The notes under the pieces: generated by a model
Database searches by the model: none
The model's input: the letters and a program-made list of their open reading frames with translations, nothing else
What the model was told of the DNA's origin: nothing
Source of the DNA: an uncultured Chthonomonadaceae bacterium
GTDB lineage: Bacteria > Armatimonadota > Chthonomonadetes > Chthonomonadales > Chthonomonadaceae
Reading direction: 5' to 3'
DNA: 64,000 nt
NCBI GenBank assembly: GCA_963817895.1
Contig: CAWFQB010000005.1
Span: 448,001 to 512,000, forward strand
Shown: in pieces, positions 17,450 to 27,042 of the stretch
Layout of the letters: the number at the start of each line of letters is the position of its first letter
Position numbering within the stretch: position 1 is the stretch's first letter
Translations under genes and position numbers: made by a program

Positions 17450-19861
17450 TTAGAGAAGTTTGTCCAGCGTGATGGGCAGTTCGCGGATGCGCTTGCCGGT
17501 CGCGTGGTAAACCGCGTTGGCGATGGCGGCGGCAACACCGGTAATGCCAATTTCGCCCACGCCGCGCGCGCCCAACGGATTGATATGCGGATCGGGAATG
17601 TCCAGGAAATGAACGTCGAAAACGGGAATGTCGGCGTGTACCGGGACGTGATACTCGGCAAGGTCGGCGTTCAGGATGCGGCCGGTGCGACTGTCAGCGA
17701 TGGTATGCTCGTGCAGAGCCATGCCGATGCCCATTGTCACGCCGCCCAATATCTGGCTGCGGGACGTTTTGGGATTCAGGATGCGCCCGATGTCGAAGAC
17801 GTTGACCACGCGCGCCACGCGAATTTCCCCCGATTGCGGGTTGACACGCACCTCGACGAACTGCGCCCCGAACGACTGAAACGCATACTTCGACTGGTCG
17901 GCATTGCTGTCGGCGGGAATATCGGCGGCGATGGCGTTGGGCGCGCTGCCGCCCGGAGCCACTTTTGTTCGGGTATCCGGTTGGCTGCCCTTCCCGCCAC
18001 TCGTTTGCCCGCCCGTATTGTCCGCCGCGTTCGCGCTGTGACCTTTCTTGCCGCCGCCGCTGGCGTCCGACGCGCTTGACGCGGGCGGGGGCGCGGTTTT
18101 CGCGTTTACAACCACTTCAACGCGCTCCTGGCCCGTTTGCTTTACCACGTCCCCGAACGATACCATGCGGGCGGGCGCGGCGCGTACCAGCAGTTTGCCG
18201 TTTTGCGCGTCAATATCGGAGGGCGACGCGCCATACAGGGGCGAGTTGGAATCCGCAAGCGTGAGCGCAATCAAGCGGTCAATCAAGGCCTTTGCCGCCG
18301 CCTGCACCGCAGGACTGACGCTTGCAACCGACATGGAACCGCCGGATACGGGCGCGGGCGGCAGGCTGCTGTCACCGAGCGTAAAGCGCGTCTGCTCAAG
18401 CGGCAGTCCCAACGCGTCCGCCGCCACCTGCGTCATAACCGTGTACGTGCCGGTTCCTATATCCTGCGTGGCGCTTGAAACTACAGCGCGTCCGTCCGCG
18501 AACATCTGCGCCCGCGCCGACGCGCCCTGCCGATAACCGGGATAGGTGGCCGTCGCCATGCCGTACCCGATCAGCCAGCCGTCGTCCGATACCATGCTGC
18601 GCGGCTTGGGATTGCGCTGCTTCCAGCCGATTTTTTCCATACCCAGCGCGTAGCATTGCAGCAGATTTTTGCTCGACCAGGGCTTGTTGACCTGTGGGTT
18701 GGTGTCGGCATGGTTGCGGATGCGCAGTTCCACGGGGTCTATGTTCAGCGCGTACGCCAGTTCGTCCATTGCGGATTCGAGCGCGAACATGCCGGGAGAC
18801 TCGCCCGGAGCGCGCATGAACGTGGGCGTGCTGCGGTTGAGGCGCGTGAGGGTGTGCGACACGTCCAGATTGGGGCAGGCGTACAACATTCGCGTGGTCA
18901 GGCCGCAGGGTTCGCTGAACTCGTCTACCGTGGAGGTGTGACTGAGCGTAGCGTGATGAATGGCTGTGAGTTTTCCGTCCGGCGTGGCTCCCAAACTCAT
19001 TTTTTGGATCGCGCGAGCGCGATAGCCGTTGGACGTGAACATCTGCTGGCGGGCGAGAACCACTTTAACCGGCCTGCCCACTTTGCGGCTGGCAATCGCC
19101 GCCAGAACCGTATGCCACCAGAACGACCCCTTGCAGCCGAAGCCGCCGCCGACAAACGGCGAAATCACCTGCACATTGTCGGGCGAAATTCCCAACACCT
19201 GAGCGCAGATGGCCTGATCCGCGACGACGGCCTGCGTCGCCTCGTACAGCGTTACTTTATCGCCGTTCCACGCGGCGATACTGGCGTGAGGCTCCAGCGG
19301 GTTATGATGCTCGATGGGCGTGGAATACGTCTGCTCCACCTTGACGGGCGAAGCGGCCAGCGCGTTTGCGGGATCGCCGCGCTTTGTTTGCAGCGGCTCA
19401 TAGCCCATGAACGAGGACGGCTTGTAGGTGTGGCCCATGTTCTGCTCGATCTCGACGGCGGGCTTTTCCACCTCATACGTAATCGTGACCAGGTCGGCGG
19501 CGAAACAGGCCTGCTCGAAAGTTTCCGCGACCACGACGCCCAGATGCTGCCCGTTGTAGTGGATGATGTTGTCTTGCAGCGGCGCATACGCCTCGCCCGG
19601 CTTGCCGCCTGCCGGGTCTTTGGGATCGGGCAGGTTTAGTTTGGGCGCGTTGAGATGCGTGATAATGGCAAGCACACCCGGCGCGGCCTGCGCCCGCGTG
19701 AGATCAAATGCCTTCACGCGCCCCTTGCTGATCGCGCTTTCAATCAGATAAGCGTGGGCGAGATTATCCAGCGGATGTTCGGCGGCGTAGACGGCGGTTC
19801 CGGTCACTTTCAGCCGTCCGTCCACGCGGCTGATCGGCTGTCCTACATTTCCAAATCGCAT
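17450..19861 (-). CDS. paoC: aldehyde oxidoreductase molybdopterin-binding subunit (PaoC/YagR-like)
   Basis: RVDGRLKVTG, VGGGFGCKG, FMRAPGE, QDIGTG, GARGVGEIGITG. Confidence 0.9.
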   Translation of the reverse strand: MRFGNVGQPISRVDGRLKVTGTAVYAAEHPLDNLAHAYLIESAISKGRVKAFDLTRAQAAPGVLAIITHLNAPKLNLPDPKDPAGGKPGEAYAPLQDNIIHYNGQHLGVVVAETFEQACFAADLVTITYEVEKPAVEIEQNMGHTYKPSSFMGYEPLQTKRGDPANALAASPVKVEQTYSTPIEHHNPLEPHASIAAWNGDKVTLYEATQAVVADQAICAQVLGISPDNVQVISPFVGGGFGCKGSFWWHTVLAAIASRKVGRPVKVVLARQQMFTSNGYRARAIQKMSLGATPDGKLTAIHHATLSHTSTVDEFSEPCGLTTRMLYACPNLDVSHTLTRLNRSTPTFMRAPGESPGMFALESAMDELAYALNIDPVELRIRNHADTNPQVNKPWSSKNLLQCYALGMEKIGWKQRNPKPRSMVSDDGWLIGYGMATATYPGYRQGASARAQMFADGRAVVSSATQDIGTGTYTVMTQVAADALGLPLEQTRFTLGDSSLPPAPVSGGSMSVASVSPAVQAAAKALIDRLIALTLADSNSPLYGASPSDIDAQNGKLLVRAAPARMVSFGDVVKQTGQERVEVVVNAKTAPPPASSASDASGGGKKGHSANAADNTGGQTSGGKGSQPDTRTKVAPGGSAPNAIAADIPADSNADQSKYAFQSFGAQFVEVRVNPQSGEIRVARVVNVFDIGRILNPKTSRSQILGGVTMGIGMALHEHTIADSRTGRILNADLAEYHVPVHADIPVFDVHFLDIPDPHINPLGARGVGEIGITGVAAAIANAVYHATGKRIRELPITLDKLL

Positions 19862-19876
19862 AGTGGTGTTCTCCGG

Positions 19877-20863
19877 TTAGGCCATGCCTGCCACGATGGT
19901 CAGGGCGCGGATAATAGTACGCTTGGCGAGTTCAGGCTTGAATCCGTTGTGTTTGTATTTCTTCGCGCTGCGCATAGCCGCTTCCGCCGCCATTTTGAAG
20001 GTGTTTTCGTTCGCGGGCTTGCCGGTCAATGTTTTTTCGGCTTCCAGGCTGCGCCAGGGCTTGTGCGCCACGCCGCCAAGCGCGACGCGGCAATGCTGTA
20101 TTACGCCGTTCTGTATGTCGAGCGCGGCGGCAACGCTCACAAGGGCAAACGCGTAACTGGCCCGGTCGCGGACTTTAATATAATGCGAGCGGGCGGCAAA
20201 CGAACTTGCCGGCAGTTCCACGCCTGTAATCAGTTCGCCGTGTTCCAGAACGGTTTCGATGTGCGGGGTATCGCCGGGAAGCAGATGAAAGTCGTTGATG
20301 GCAATGCGGCGCGCGCCCTTCGGCCCCTGCGTCAGCACAACGGCGTCCAGCGCGTTCATCGCGACCGCCATGTCGGAGGGATGAGTGGCGATGCACTTGT
20401 TGCTCGTTCCCAGAATGGCGTGGATGCGGTTGTAGCCCTCGATGGCGGGACAGCCGGTTCCGGGTTCGCGCTTGTTGCAGGGCGTGGCCGTGTCGCGGAA
20501 ATAGTAGCAGCGGGTTCGTTGCAACAGATTGCCGCCCGTTGTCGCCATGTTGCGCAATTGCGCCGACGCGCCCGACAGCAACGCCTCGCTGAGTACGGGA
20601 TAGTTCTTGCGGATAGTCGGGTCATACGCCAGATCGCTGTTGCGGACAAGCGCACCGATGCGAACCCCGCCGTCCGGCAACCATTCGATTTTATTCAGCG
20701 CAAGACTGTTGATGTCCACAAGCTGTAACGGCGTCTGCACATTCAATTTGATGTTGTCGATCAGGTTGGTTCCGCCCGCCAGGAAAGCGGCCTGCGGATT
20801 GGCGGACACGTCCGCGATGGCGCGGTTTTCTTCAGTGGCGCGGCTGTATGTAAACGGCTGCAT
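19877..20863 (-). CDS. paoB: aldehyde oxidoreductase FAD-binding subunit (PaoB/YagS-like)
   Basis: LAGGTNL, GASAQLRNMATTGGNLLQRTRCYYF, KVRDRASYAFA. Confidence 0.9.
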   Translation of the reverse strand: MQPFTYSRATEENRAIADVSANPQAAFLAGGTNLIDNIKLNVQTPLQLVDINSLALNKIEWLPDGGVRIGALVRNSDLAYDPTIRKNYPVLSEALLSGASAQLRNMATTGGNLLQRTRCYYFRDTATPCNKREPGTGCPAIEGYNRIHAILGTSNKCIATHPSDMAVAMNALDAVVLTQGPKGARRIAINDFHLLPGDTPHIETVLEHGELITGVELPASSFAARSHYIKVRDRASYAFALVSVAAALDIQNGVIQHCRVALGGVAHKPWRSLEAEKTLTGKPANENTFKMAAEAAMRSAKKYKHNGFKPELAKRTIIRALTIVAGMA

Positions 20864-20866
20864 CTG

Positions 20867-21670
20867 TTACTTGCTCCCTTCTGAAACCAACCCCGAAGCG
20901 GCGAACGCGGCAGTGTTGGGCATTGTCGCCTGCGAAGCCGTGTCCCTGCCGTTTTTGCCCTCCAAAACCGATTTCACGGCGGCCACGATGTTGGGGTACG
21001 CGCCGCAACGACATATATTGCCGCTCATCTGCTCCTGAATTTCCGTGTCGGTATGCGCGTGGCCCTCATGGACAACCGCCACTGCCGACATGATCTGTCC
21101 GGGCGTGCAATAACCGCACTGATAGCCGTCGTGTTCGATAAACGCGGCCTGCATCGGGTGCAGGGTTTCGCCCTGAGCCAGCCCCTCAATCGTGGTGATC
21201 TTCTGTCCCTGGTGCATGACGGCAAGAGTCAGGCAAGAATTTACGCGCCGTCCGTCAATATGGACGGTACACGCGCCGCACTGCCCATGATCGCAGCCCT
21301 TTTTCGTTCCGGTCAAATGAAGCCGTTCACGCAGGGCGTCCAGCAACGTCACGCGGGGTTCCAGAGACAGGGCATGATCCGCGCCGTTGATATTGAGCGT
21401 AACATTCACGGGCGGTACGGTTGGAGCGACGGGCAGCGCGTGGGGCGTCAGGGTTTGCGCCCCGGCCTCTCCCTCGCTTTCCACAAGCAGGGGCGCAATG
21501 GCAAACGCGGCGGTTACGCCCGCCGCGTTTGCCAGAAATTCGCGCCGGGACGCGCCCTCCTGCGCCGCGTGAGAGGACGGGGAATCAGGCGTGTCCGGCT
21601 TGAAATCCAGCACATGCGGGCGGGCAGGCGCTTCCTCTACGGGATTACAGTGTTGATGAGTCTCTTCCAA
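20867..21670 (-). CDS. paoA: aldehyde oxidoreductase 2Fe-2S subunit with Tat motif (PaoA/YagT-like)
   Basis: SRREFL; TGTKKGCDHGQCGACT, QCGYCTPGQ, NICRCGAY; TTG start after GGAGGT. Confidence 0.9.
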   Translation of the reverse strand: MEETHQHCNPVEEAPARPHVLDFKPDTPDSPSSHAAQEGASRREFLANAAGVTAAFAIAPLLVESEGEAGAQTLTPHALPVAPTVPPVNVTLNINGADHALSLEPRVTLLDALRERLHLTGTKKGCDHGQCGACTVHIDGRRVNSCLTLAVMHQGQKITTIEGLAQGETLHPMQAAFIEHDGYQCGYCTPGQIMSAVAVVHEGHAHTDTEIQEQMSGNICRCGAYPNIVAAVKSVLEGKNGRDTASQATMPNTAAFAASGLVSEGSK

Positions 21671-21760
21671 TGGGAACCTCCACGGGCTGACAGAGCGGAT
21701 ATGCAAAATGGGTTATTGGCAGTATAACTTACGAAGTAAATGGCTTTATGTTGCGGTGAT

Positions 21761-22819
21761 CTATCTCTGATTGAGGGAAGCCATGTCAATGACGAAGCGG
21801 TAGCGCACATCGCTTTTCAGGACGCGCTCAAAGGCCTGGTTGATGTCCTGAATGTTAATCATTTCCACGTCACAGGCAATACCGCGTTCGGCGCAAAAGT
21901 CCAGCACCTCCTGCGTTTCCGCAATGCCGCCCGCGCCGGAACCCGCAATGGATTTGCGTCCTGCCATGAGCGCCACACCCATAACCGGCGGTTCGAGCGG
22001 ATCAAGCTGCCCGACAAGTATAAGCGTGCCGTCCCGTTTCAGCGTTGCTAAATAGGGGTTAAGGTCGTGCGGGGCGGGTACGGTGTCGAGTATGAAGTCA
22101 AAGCGGTTGACGGTCGCCTGCATCTGCGCCGCATCCGTTGAGAGAATCACCTCGTTCGCCCCCAATCGCCGCGCTTCGCTCTCCTTGTTCGGTGTTCGCG
22201 TGAACAGCGACACCTCCGCGCCCATCGCGTGGGCAAACTTCAGTCCGATATGGCCTAATCCGCCCAACCCGACAACCGCCACTCTGCTGCCGTCGCCAAT
22301 GTTCCAGTGGCGCAGGGGCGAATACGTGGTAATTCCCGCGCACAGCAGGGGGCCGGCGGATTTGGGATCGAGTTTTTCCGGCAGGCGCAGCGCGAACTTA
22401 TCGGAAACGAGGATGCGTTGCGAGTAGCCGCCGTATGTGGGCAGGCCGTCATGCCGATCTTTGTCGTTGTAGGTTTGGGTGCAGATGTTTTCGCAGTACA
22501 CTTCCAGTCCCGCCAGACACGCCTCGCAATGCAGGCAAGAGTCCACCATTACGCCCACGCCCACCATGTCACCAGGCTTGAACTTTGTAACATCGCTTCC
22601 CACGCTTGCCACTCGCCCGATGATCTCATGGCCCGGAACCATTGGGTAGACGGCATTGCCCCACCCGTTGCGCGTCTGGTGGATGTCGGTATGGCAGACA
22701 CCGCAGTAAAGGACGTCAATCACGACATCATCCGGGCGCGGGTCGCGCCGCTCGAAGTCAAATGGCGCGACGGGCGTTGTAGCGGACTGCGCCGCGTAGC
22801 CTGAAACATTCATACTCAT
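21761..22819 (-). CDS. Zn-dependent NADP(H) alcohol dehydrogenase (AdhC/YahK-like)
   Basis: CGVCHTD, PGHEI, GPLLCAGITTYSPL, GLGGLGH, DVRYRFVID. Confidence 0.9.
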   Translation of the reverse strand: MSMNVSGYAAQSATTPVAPFDFERRDPRPDDVVIDVLYCGVCHTDIHQTRNGWGNAVYPMVPGHEIIGRVASVGSDVTKFKPGDMVGVGVMVDSCLHCEACLAGLEVYCENICTQTYNDKDRHDGLPTYGGYSQRILVSDKFALRLPEKLDPKSAGPLLCAGITTYSPLRHWNIGDGSRVAVVGLGGLGHIGLKFAHAMGAEVSLFTRTPNKESEARRLGANEVILSTDAAQMQATVNRFDFILDTVPAPHDLNPYLATLKRDGTLILVGQLDPLEPPVMGVALMAGRKSIAGSGAGGIAETQEVLDFCAERGIACDVEMINIQDINQAFERVLKSDVRYRFVIDMASLNQR

Positions 22820-23031
22820 TGTTTTCTCCCTGTTTTCCTGTTTCTGGCCGGATTTCTGTATTCCGGTGTTCATTGCGGCAAAACGGTTCGTCGCAGCGTA
22901 CAGGAGTATATAACTATCCTACTCGCGGGGGTGAAGAAACGAGTAGCCGGATACTGCAAGAAATTTGCCCGATCCTGCAAATGCGAGCCTTTCACAGGGA
23001 AATCAGGCGACACAGAACGAGGACAGAAACG

Positions 23032-23987
23032 ATGCGGCAAATTGAGCTTTCCGGTCAGGACAAGAATAGTAGTCTGGAAGACGCGCTTCGACATAAACAC
23101 GAGGAACTGGTCCAATTGATTGACAGGCTGGCCGACGCGGACGGCGCGTATTCGACCGCCATCGCGCCCCTCACTTTGTACCGGCTGTCAGCCGCTTCTC
23201 AGCCGGTTTACGGGATTCAAAAGCCGACATTTTGCATTGTCGCCCAGGGCTGCAAGCAGGCCACGTTGGGGGAGGAATACCATCTGCACGAGCCATCCCG
23301 GTATCTGCTGGTGACGGTCGGCCTGCCGATTACCGCGCAGATTATTCAGGCCTCGCCTGAAGCGCCGTACCTGGGATTTTGCCTCGACCTTGACCCCCGC
23401 GATATTGCCGCATTGCTGATGGAAATGGACTTTGCGGAGAACGTCCCGCGCGATTATGCCGGGGAAACGTCGGCGCGCAGTCTGTCCATAAGCCGCACAG
23501 ACGCGCCCCTGCTCGACGCCGTCGTGCGCCTGCTGCGCCTGCTGGGTACCCCGCGAGACATTCCCGTACTGGCCCCCTTGCGTTGCGCGAAATCCTGTAC
23601 CGTCTGCTGACGGGAGAACAGGGCATGCGGCTGCGCCAGGTTGCTTTGAACAACAGCCCGACACAACGCATCGCGCAGGCGATTGACTGGCTTAAGCGTC
23701 ACTACGCCGAACCGTTAGATATTGAAACCCTCGCGCAAAACGTGTGCATGAGTCCGTCCGGGCTGTATCACCACTTCAAAGCCGTCACCGCCCTGAGTCC
23801 GCTTCAGTATCAGAAACATCTGCGCCTTCAGGAAGCGCGGCGATTGATGCTGGTGGAGGATACGGACGCCGCGCTTGCCGGTTATCGCGTTGGTTATAAC
23901 AGTTCCTCCCAGTTCAGCCGCGAATACAGCCGATTGTTTGGGACTCCCCCATTACGCGACATTGTCCGGCTTCGCCGCGCCTCCTGA
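23032..23987 (+). CDS. AraC-family regulator (YqhC-like), frameshift at ~23581
   Basis: N-terminal AraC_N-like domain; REILYRLL...MSPSGLYHHFKAVTALSPLQYQK...SQFSREYSRLFG; divergent from the ADH gene. Confidence 0.85.
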
Positions 23988-24092
23988 AAATTTCTTCTAG
24001 CTTTTTGGCCTGTCAAGGTAGAATGTAGGAGTAAATTGTATTGGGAGCGGGCGACCATCTGTGAACGCCCGGAGTGAGGCACTTAAAATGGC

Positions 24093-25007
24093 ATGGGGCA
24101 AACGCGCAAAAAAGAGGAACCGCTGGTTTACAATTCGCTGGATGAGCTGCTGGCATTGCTGGCAGAAGAGCGGCAAAAGACGCTGAAACGCCGTCGCAAT
24201 GCGAAAATCGGCCTGAGCATCTATCTCGGCGTTGTTATTCTGATCCTGATTGACGGGATATTAACCAACTTTCACGGCTTCGGAGGCATAGGCAGTATGT
24301 TCGGCAGCCTGAGCGGAGTAATTGCGAGTATGTATGCGGCAACCAGTACGCAGAAAAAAGGCGTTCAGGCGCTGGCAGAATACAACGACCTTCGCGCCGC
24401 GCCGCGCTTGATTGAAATATTGGAATACAACGATAATTCTCTCAAAGCAGACGCCGCCACGCTGCTGGAAAAGTTGCTGCCGAAGCTGCAAGCCTCCGAC
24501 GCGCCCATGTTCACGCCGGAACACCACGCCATTCTGAACCGGGTGCTTGCCGGCAAAGTGGCGCTTGCCGGCAAAGATAAAGCGCTGGCCCTAACCTTAA
24601 CAGCCAAACTGCTGACAGCCATTCTGGTGGCGTTGCGGCAGGTCGGAACGGAGAGTTCCCTGCCCGTTGTTACCGAACTGGCGGAAGGCAAAGGCAGGGC
24701 TAAACAGTTTCCTCAGCTGAAGGAGGCGGCGCAAGAGTGCCTGCCGTTCCTCCAAAGCCGTGTGGAAAATCAGCGACAAACCCAAACCCTGCTCCGCGCT
24801 TCCGATGGCAACCGGACACCTGCCGACATGCTGCTGCGCCCCGCGCTGGATTCACCCTCAACGACGCCCGCCGACGAACTGCTGCGCGCTGCCCCGGAAA
24901 CAAATGCGTTGCCACCCCTGTCCGTTTCCACCGCGCCCGCTTTCAATCCCACGCCGCATCTGGAACCGGAAGCGCAACCGGAAGCCCAAATCGCGCGTTT
25001 GTCGTAG
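24093..25007 (+). CDS. two-TM membrane protein with HEAT-like helical repeats
   Basis: Two hydrophobic segments; ALAEYNDLRAAPRLIEIL, ALRQVGTESSLPVV; C-terminal LLR repeats. Confidence 0.7.
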   Translation: MGQTRKKEEPLVYNSLDELLALLAEERQKTLKRRRNAKIGLSIYLGVVILILIDGILTNFHGFGGIGSMFGSLSGVIASMYAATSTQKKGVQALAEYNDLRAAPRLIEILEYNDNSLKADAATLLEKLLPKLQASDAPMFTPEHHAILNRVLAGKVALAGKDKALALTLTAKLLTAILVALRQVGTESSLPVVTELAEGKGRAKQFPQLKEAAQECLPFLQSRVENQRQTQTLLRASDGNRTPADMLLRPALDSPSTTPADELLRAAPETNALPPLSVSTAPAFNPTPHLEPEAQPEAQIARLS

Positions 25008-25083
25008 GGCTTTTGTTTCCGTTCCTCATCCGGCTGCCAGCCATGTAACGGCTTTTCGTTGAATGTTGGCGGCTTCTGTATCT

Positions 25084-25113
25084 CTATCAACTACAAACTA
25101 TCAACTATCAACT
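25084..25113. repeat. heptamer tandem array (CTATCAA)
   Basis: ctatcaactacaaactatcaactatcaact, overlapping the stop of the TIGR01777 gene. Confidence 0.7.
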
Positions 25114-26064
25114 TTTCAGCAACGATTGCAGCGCGGGTTCTAATGTGGGAAAGCGAAAACGGTAGCCCTGCTGTTCCGCGACGGCAGGCAGGACTTTCTG
25201 CCCGGTGAGCAGGGTTTCAGCAAACTCGCCCAGCAGGGCGCGGAGAGCGAAGGCGGGTACGGGCAGAATGGTGGGACGATGAAATATGTGGCCGAGCGCG
25301 TGGGCGAAATCCGCGTTGGCGCGGGGATTAGGCGCGGTCATATTGACGGCCCCCTGTACCTGCGCGTTCGTCATGGCCCACGTAATCAGCCCCAATACAT
25401 CATCCAGATGTATCCACGACAGCCACTGTTTGCCGCTGCCAATCGGCCCGCCCGCGCCGAGTTTGTAGGGATTGAGCGGCAGGGGAAGCGGGTGCAGCAT
25501 CTTTTCCAGCGCGCCGCCATGCCCTAAAACCACCCCGATTCGCAGCCTGACGACGCGAACGCCCAATGCTTCCGCTTTCTGCGCTTCCGCTTCCCACGCT
25601 TTGCACACGTCCGCCAGAAAATCGTTTCCCGGCGCGTCCGCTTCTGTGACCGTTTCATCCTTGCGGTCGCCATAGTAGCCGATACCGGACGCGCTGAGGA
25701 ATACGGGCGGGCGACGTTCCGATGCGCGCGCGGCGTCCACCAACCTGCGCGTCGTATCCACGCGGGAATCGAGAATTTGCTTCTTGTACTCCGGTGTCCA
25801 GCGCTGTCCCGCAACCGGGGTTCCCGCCAGATTGATAACGGCGTCTGATTCAGCAATCGCCTGCTTCCACTCGTCGGCAGGAGCAGACGCGGCGGCATCA
25901 CCGGCTTTCTCTTCCCATGCCAGACTGCGTACTTGTTTCCCCAATGTCGCCTGCGCCTTTACCGCGTCTCGCGATACAACTGTGACCTGATGCCCGCTCC
26001 CGACTAATTCGGCGCACAATGGCGGCCCGATAAACCCCGTTGCGCCCGCGATTACAATCTTCAT
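25108..26064 (-). CDS. TIGR01777-family NAD-dependent epimerase (YfcH-like)
   Basis: GATGFIG, VINLAG, SASGIGYYG, FLADVCKAWE, GSGKQWLSWIH. Confidence 0.9.
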   Translation of the reverse strand: MKIVIAGATGFIGPPLCAELVGSGHQVTVVSRDAVKAQATLGKQVRSLAWEEKAGDAAASAPADEWKQAIAESDAVINLAGTPVAGQRWTPEYKKQILDSRVDTTRRLVDAARASERRPPVFLSASGIGYYGDRKDETVTEADAPGNDFLADVCKAWEAEAQKAEALGVRVVRLRIGVVLGHGGALEKMLHPLPLPLNPYKLGAGGPIGSGKQWLSWIHLDDVLGLITWAMTNAQVQGAVNMTAPNPRANADFAHALGHIFHRPTILPVPAFALRALLGEFAETLLTGQKVLPAVAEQQGYRFRFPTLEPALQSLLKS

Positions 26065-26151
26065 GCTGTTTCCCTCTGCCTTTCCACAAAATCCATTAGT
26101 ATTCAATGATACGTTGTAAGTGTCTGAATTTCTGCCTGTCGCGCGACAAAC

Positions 26152-26183
26152 AAAAAACCGAGCGTAACTAATGTACGCTCGGT
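26152..26183 (-). terminator. intrinsic terminator
   Basis: ACCGAGCGTA/TACGCTCGGT stem with an A6 run (U-tract on the minus strand). Confidence 0.7.
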
Positions 26184-26206
26184 CTTGCCGCTCTCACTCT
26201 CCACTC

Positions 26207-26992
26207 TCACTTTTTGGTATGCTGCAAAAACCACGCGCCCAAATCTTCCTTGCCGTAGGCGTTGTCCCACGAATTGTGGCCGACGCCGGGATAGGTAGTC
26301 AATTTCACGTCGCCGCCCGCCGCTTTCACGGCATCCACCATCTCATGCGATTTTTCCACTTTCACGGTCGGGTCGGCCTCCCCGTGAAAACACCAGATGG
26401 GTAGGGGCTTGAGGGTTGTGGCGGTGGCGACATCGCTCCAGCCGCAAACCGGCGCAAGGGCCGCGAACATTTCAGGATGCTTCGCGCCAATCATCCATGT
26501 GCCGTGTCCGCCCTGCGATAGGCCCGTCAGGTACAGGCGGGTTGTATCCACCTTGTAATCGGCTTTGGTCTGATCCAGCATCGCCATGACAAGCGCGTCG
26601 TGGTCTTCCCAATTGGAGCGCGCCGTGGGCTTTTGTGGAAACACAACCAGAAACGGCCATTTAGTGGCGTCCTTCATAATGGCCGGACCAAGCCCCGTCG
26701 CGACGTGCTTCCAGCCATCTCGCCCGCACTCGCCCGCGCCGTTCAGGAAGACAATCGTGGGATACGCTTTGCTGCCGTCGTAATCGGCAGGCACGTACAC
26801 CACGTATTTGTATTCTTCCGCGCCCTGTTTGATGGTTTTGGTTAAAAAGCCTTTAGACACAGTTTCCGCCTCGCGCCGCGCTTTCGCTTTGGGGGCGCGG
26901 GGCGCGGCCAAAGTCATTGGAGAAACAGCAACCGTTCCGCTCGCCAGCAGCAGCGCGGCAGCAGTGAAAAATAGAGAACGTAGACGCAACAC
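26207..26992 (-). CDS. secreted alpha/beta-hydrolase (esterase/peptidase-like)
   Basis: YLTGLSQGG (GxSxG), FHGEAD, GHNSW; GTG start after AAAGGA. Confidence 0.85.
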   Translation of the reverse strand: MLRLRSLFFTAAALLLASGTVAVSPMTLAAPRAPKAKARREAETVSKGFLTKTIKQGAEEYKYVVYVPADYDGSKAYPTIVFLNGAGECGRDGWKHVATGLGPAIMKDATKWPFLVVFPQKPTARSNWEDHDALVMAMLDQTKADYKVDTTRLYLTGLSQGGHGTWMIGAKHPEMFAALAPVCGWSDVATATTLKPLPIWCFHGEADPTVKVEKSHEMVDAVKAAGGDVKLTTYPGVGHNSWDNAYGKEDLGAWFLQHTKK

Positions 26993-27042
26993 TTGTTTAT
27001 CCTTTCCGTCACCCTGAATACGAACTCTCCTGCCAGCCTTGA

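Noticed and set aside
18656..20728. Long antisense ORFs (also 4781-5725, 30642-31964, 48018-49046, 55283-56251)
   Set aside because: Shadow ORFs opposite well-supported genes, expected in high-GC DNA.
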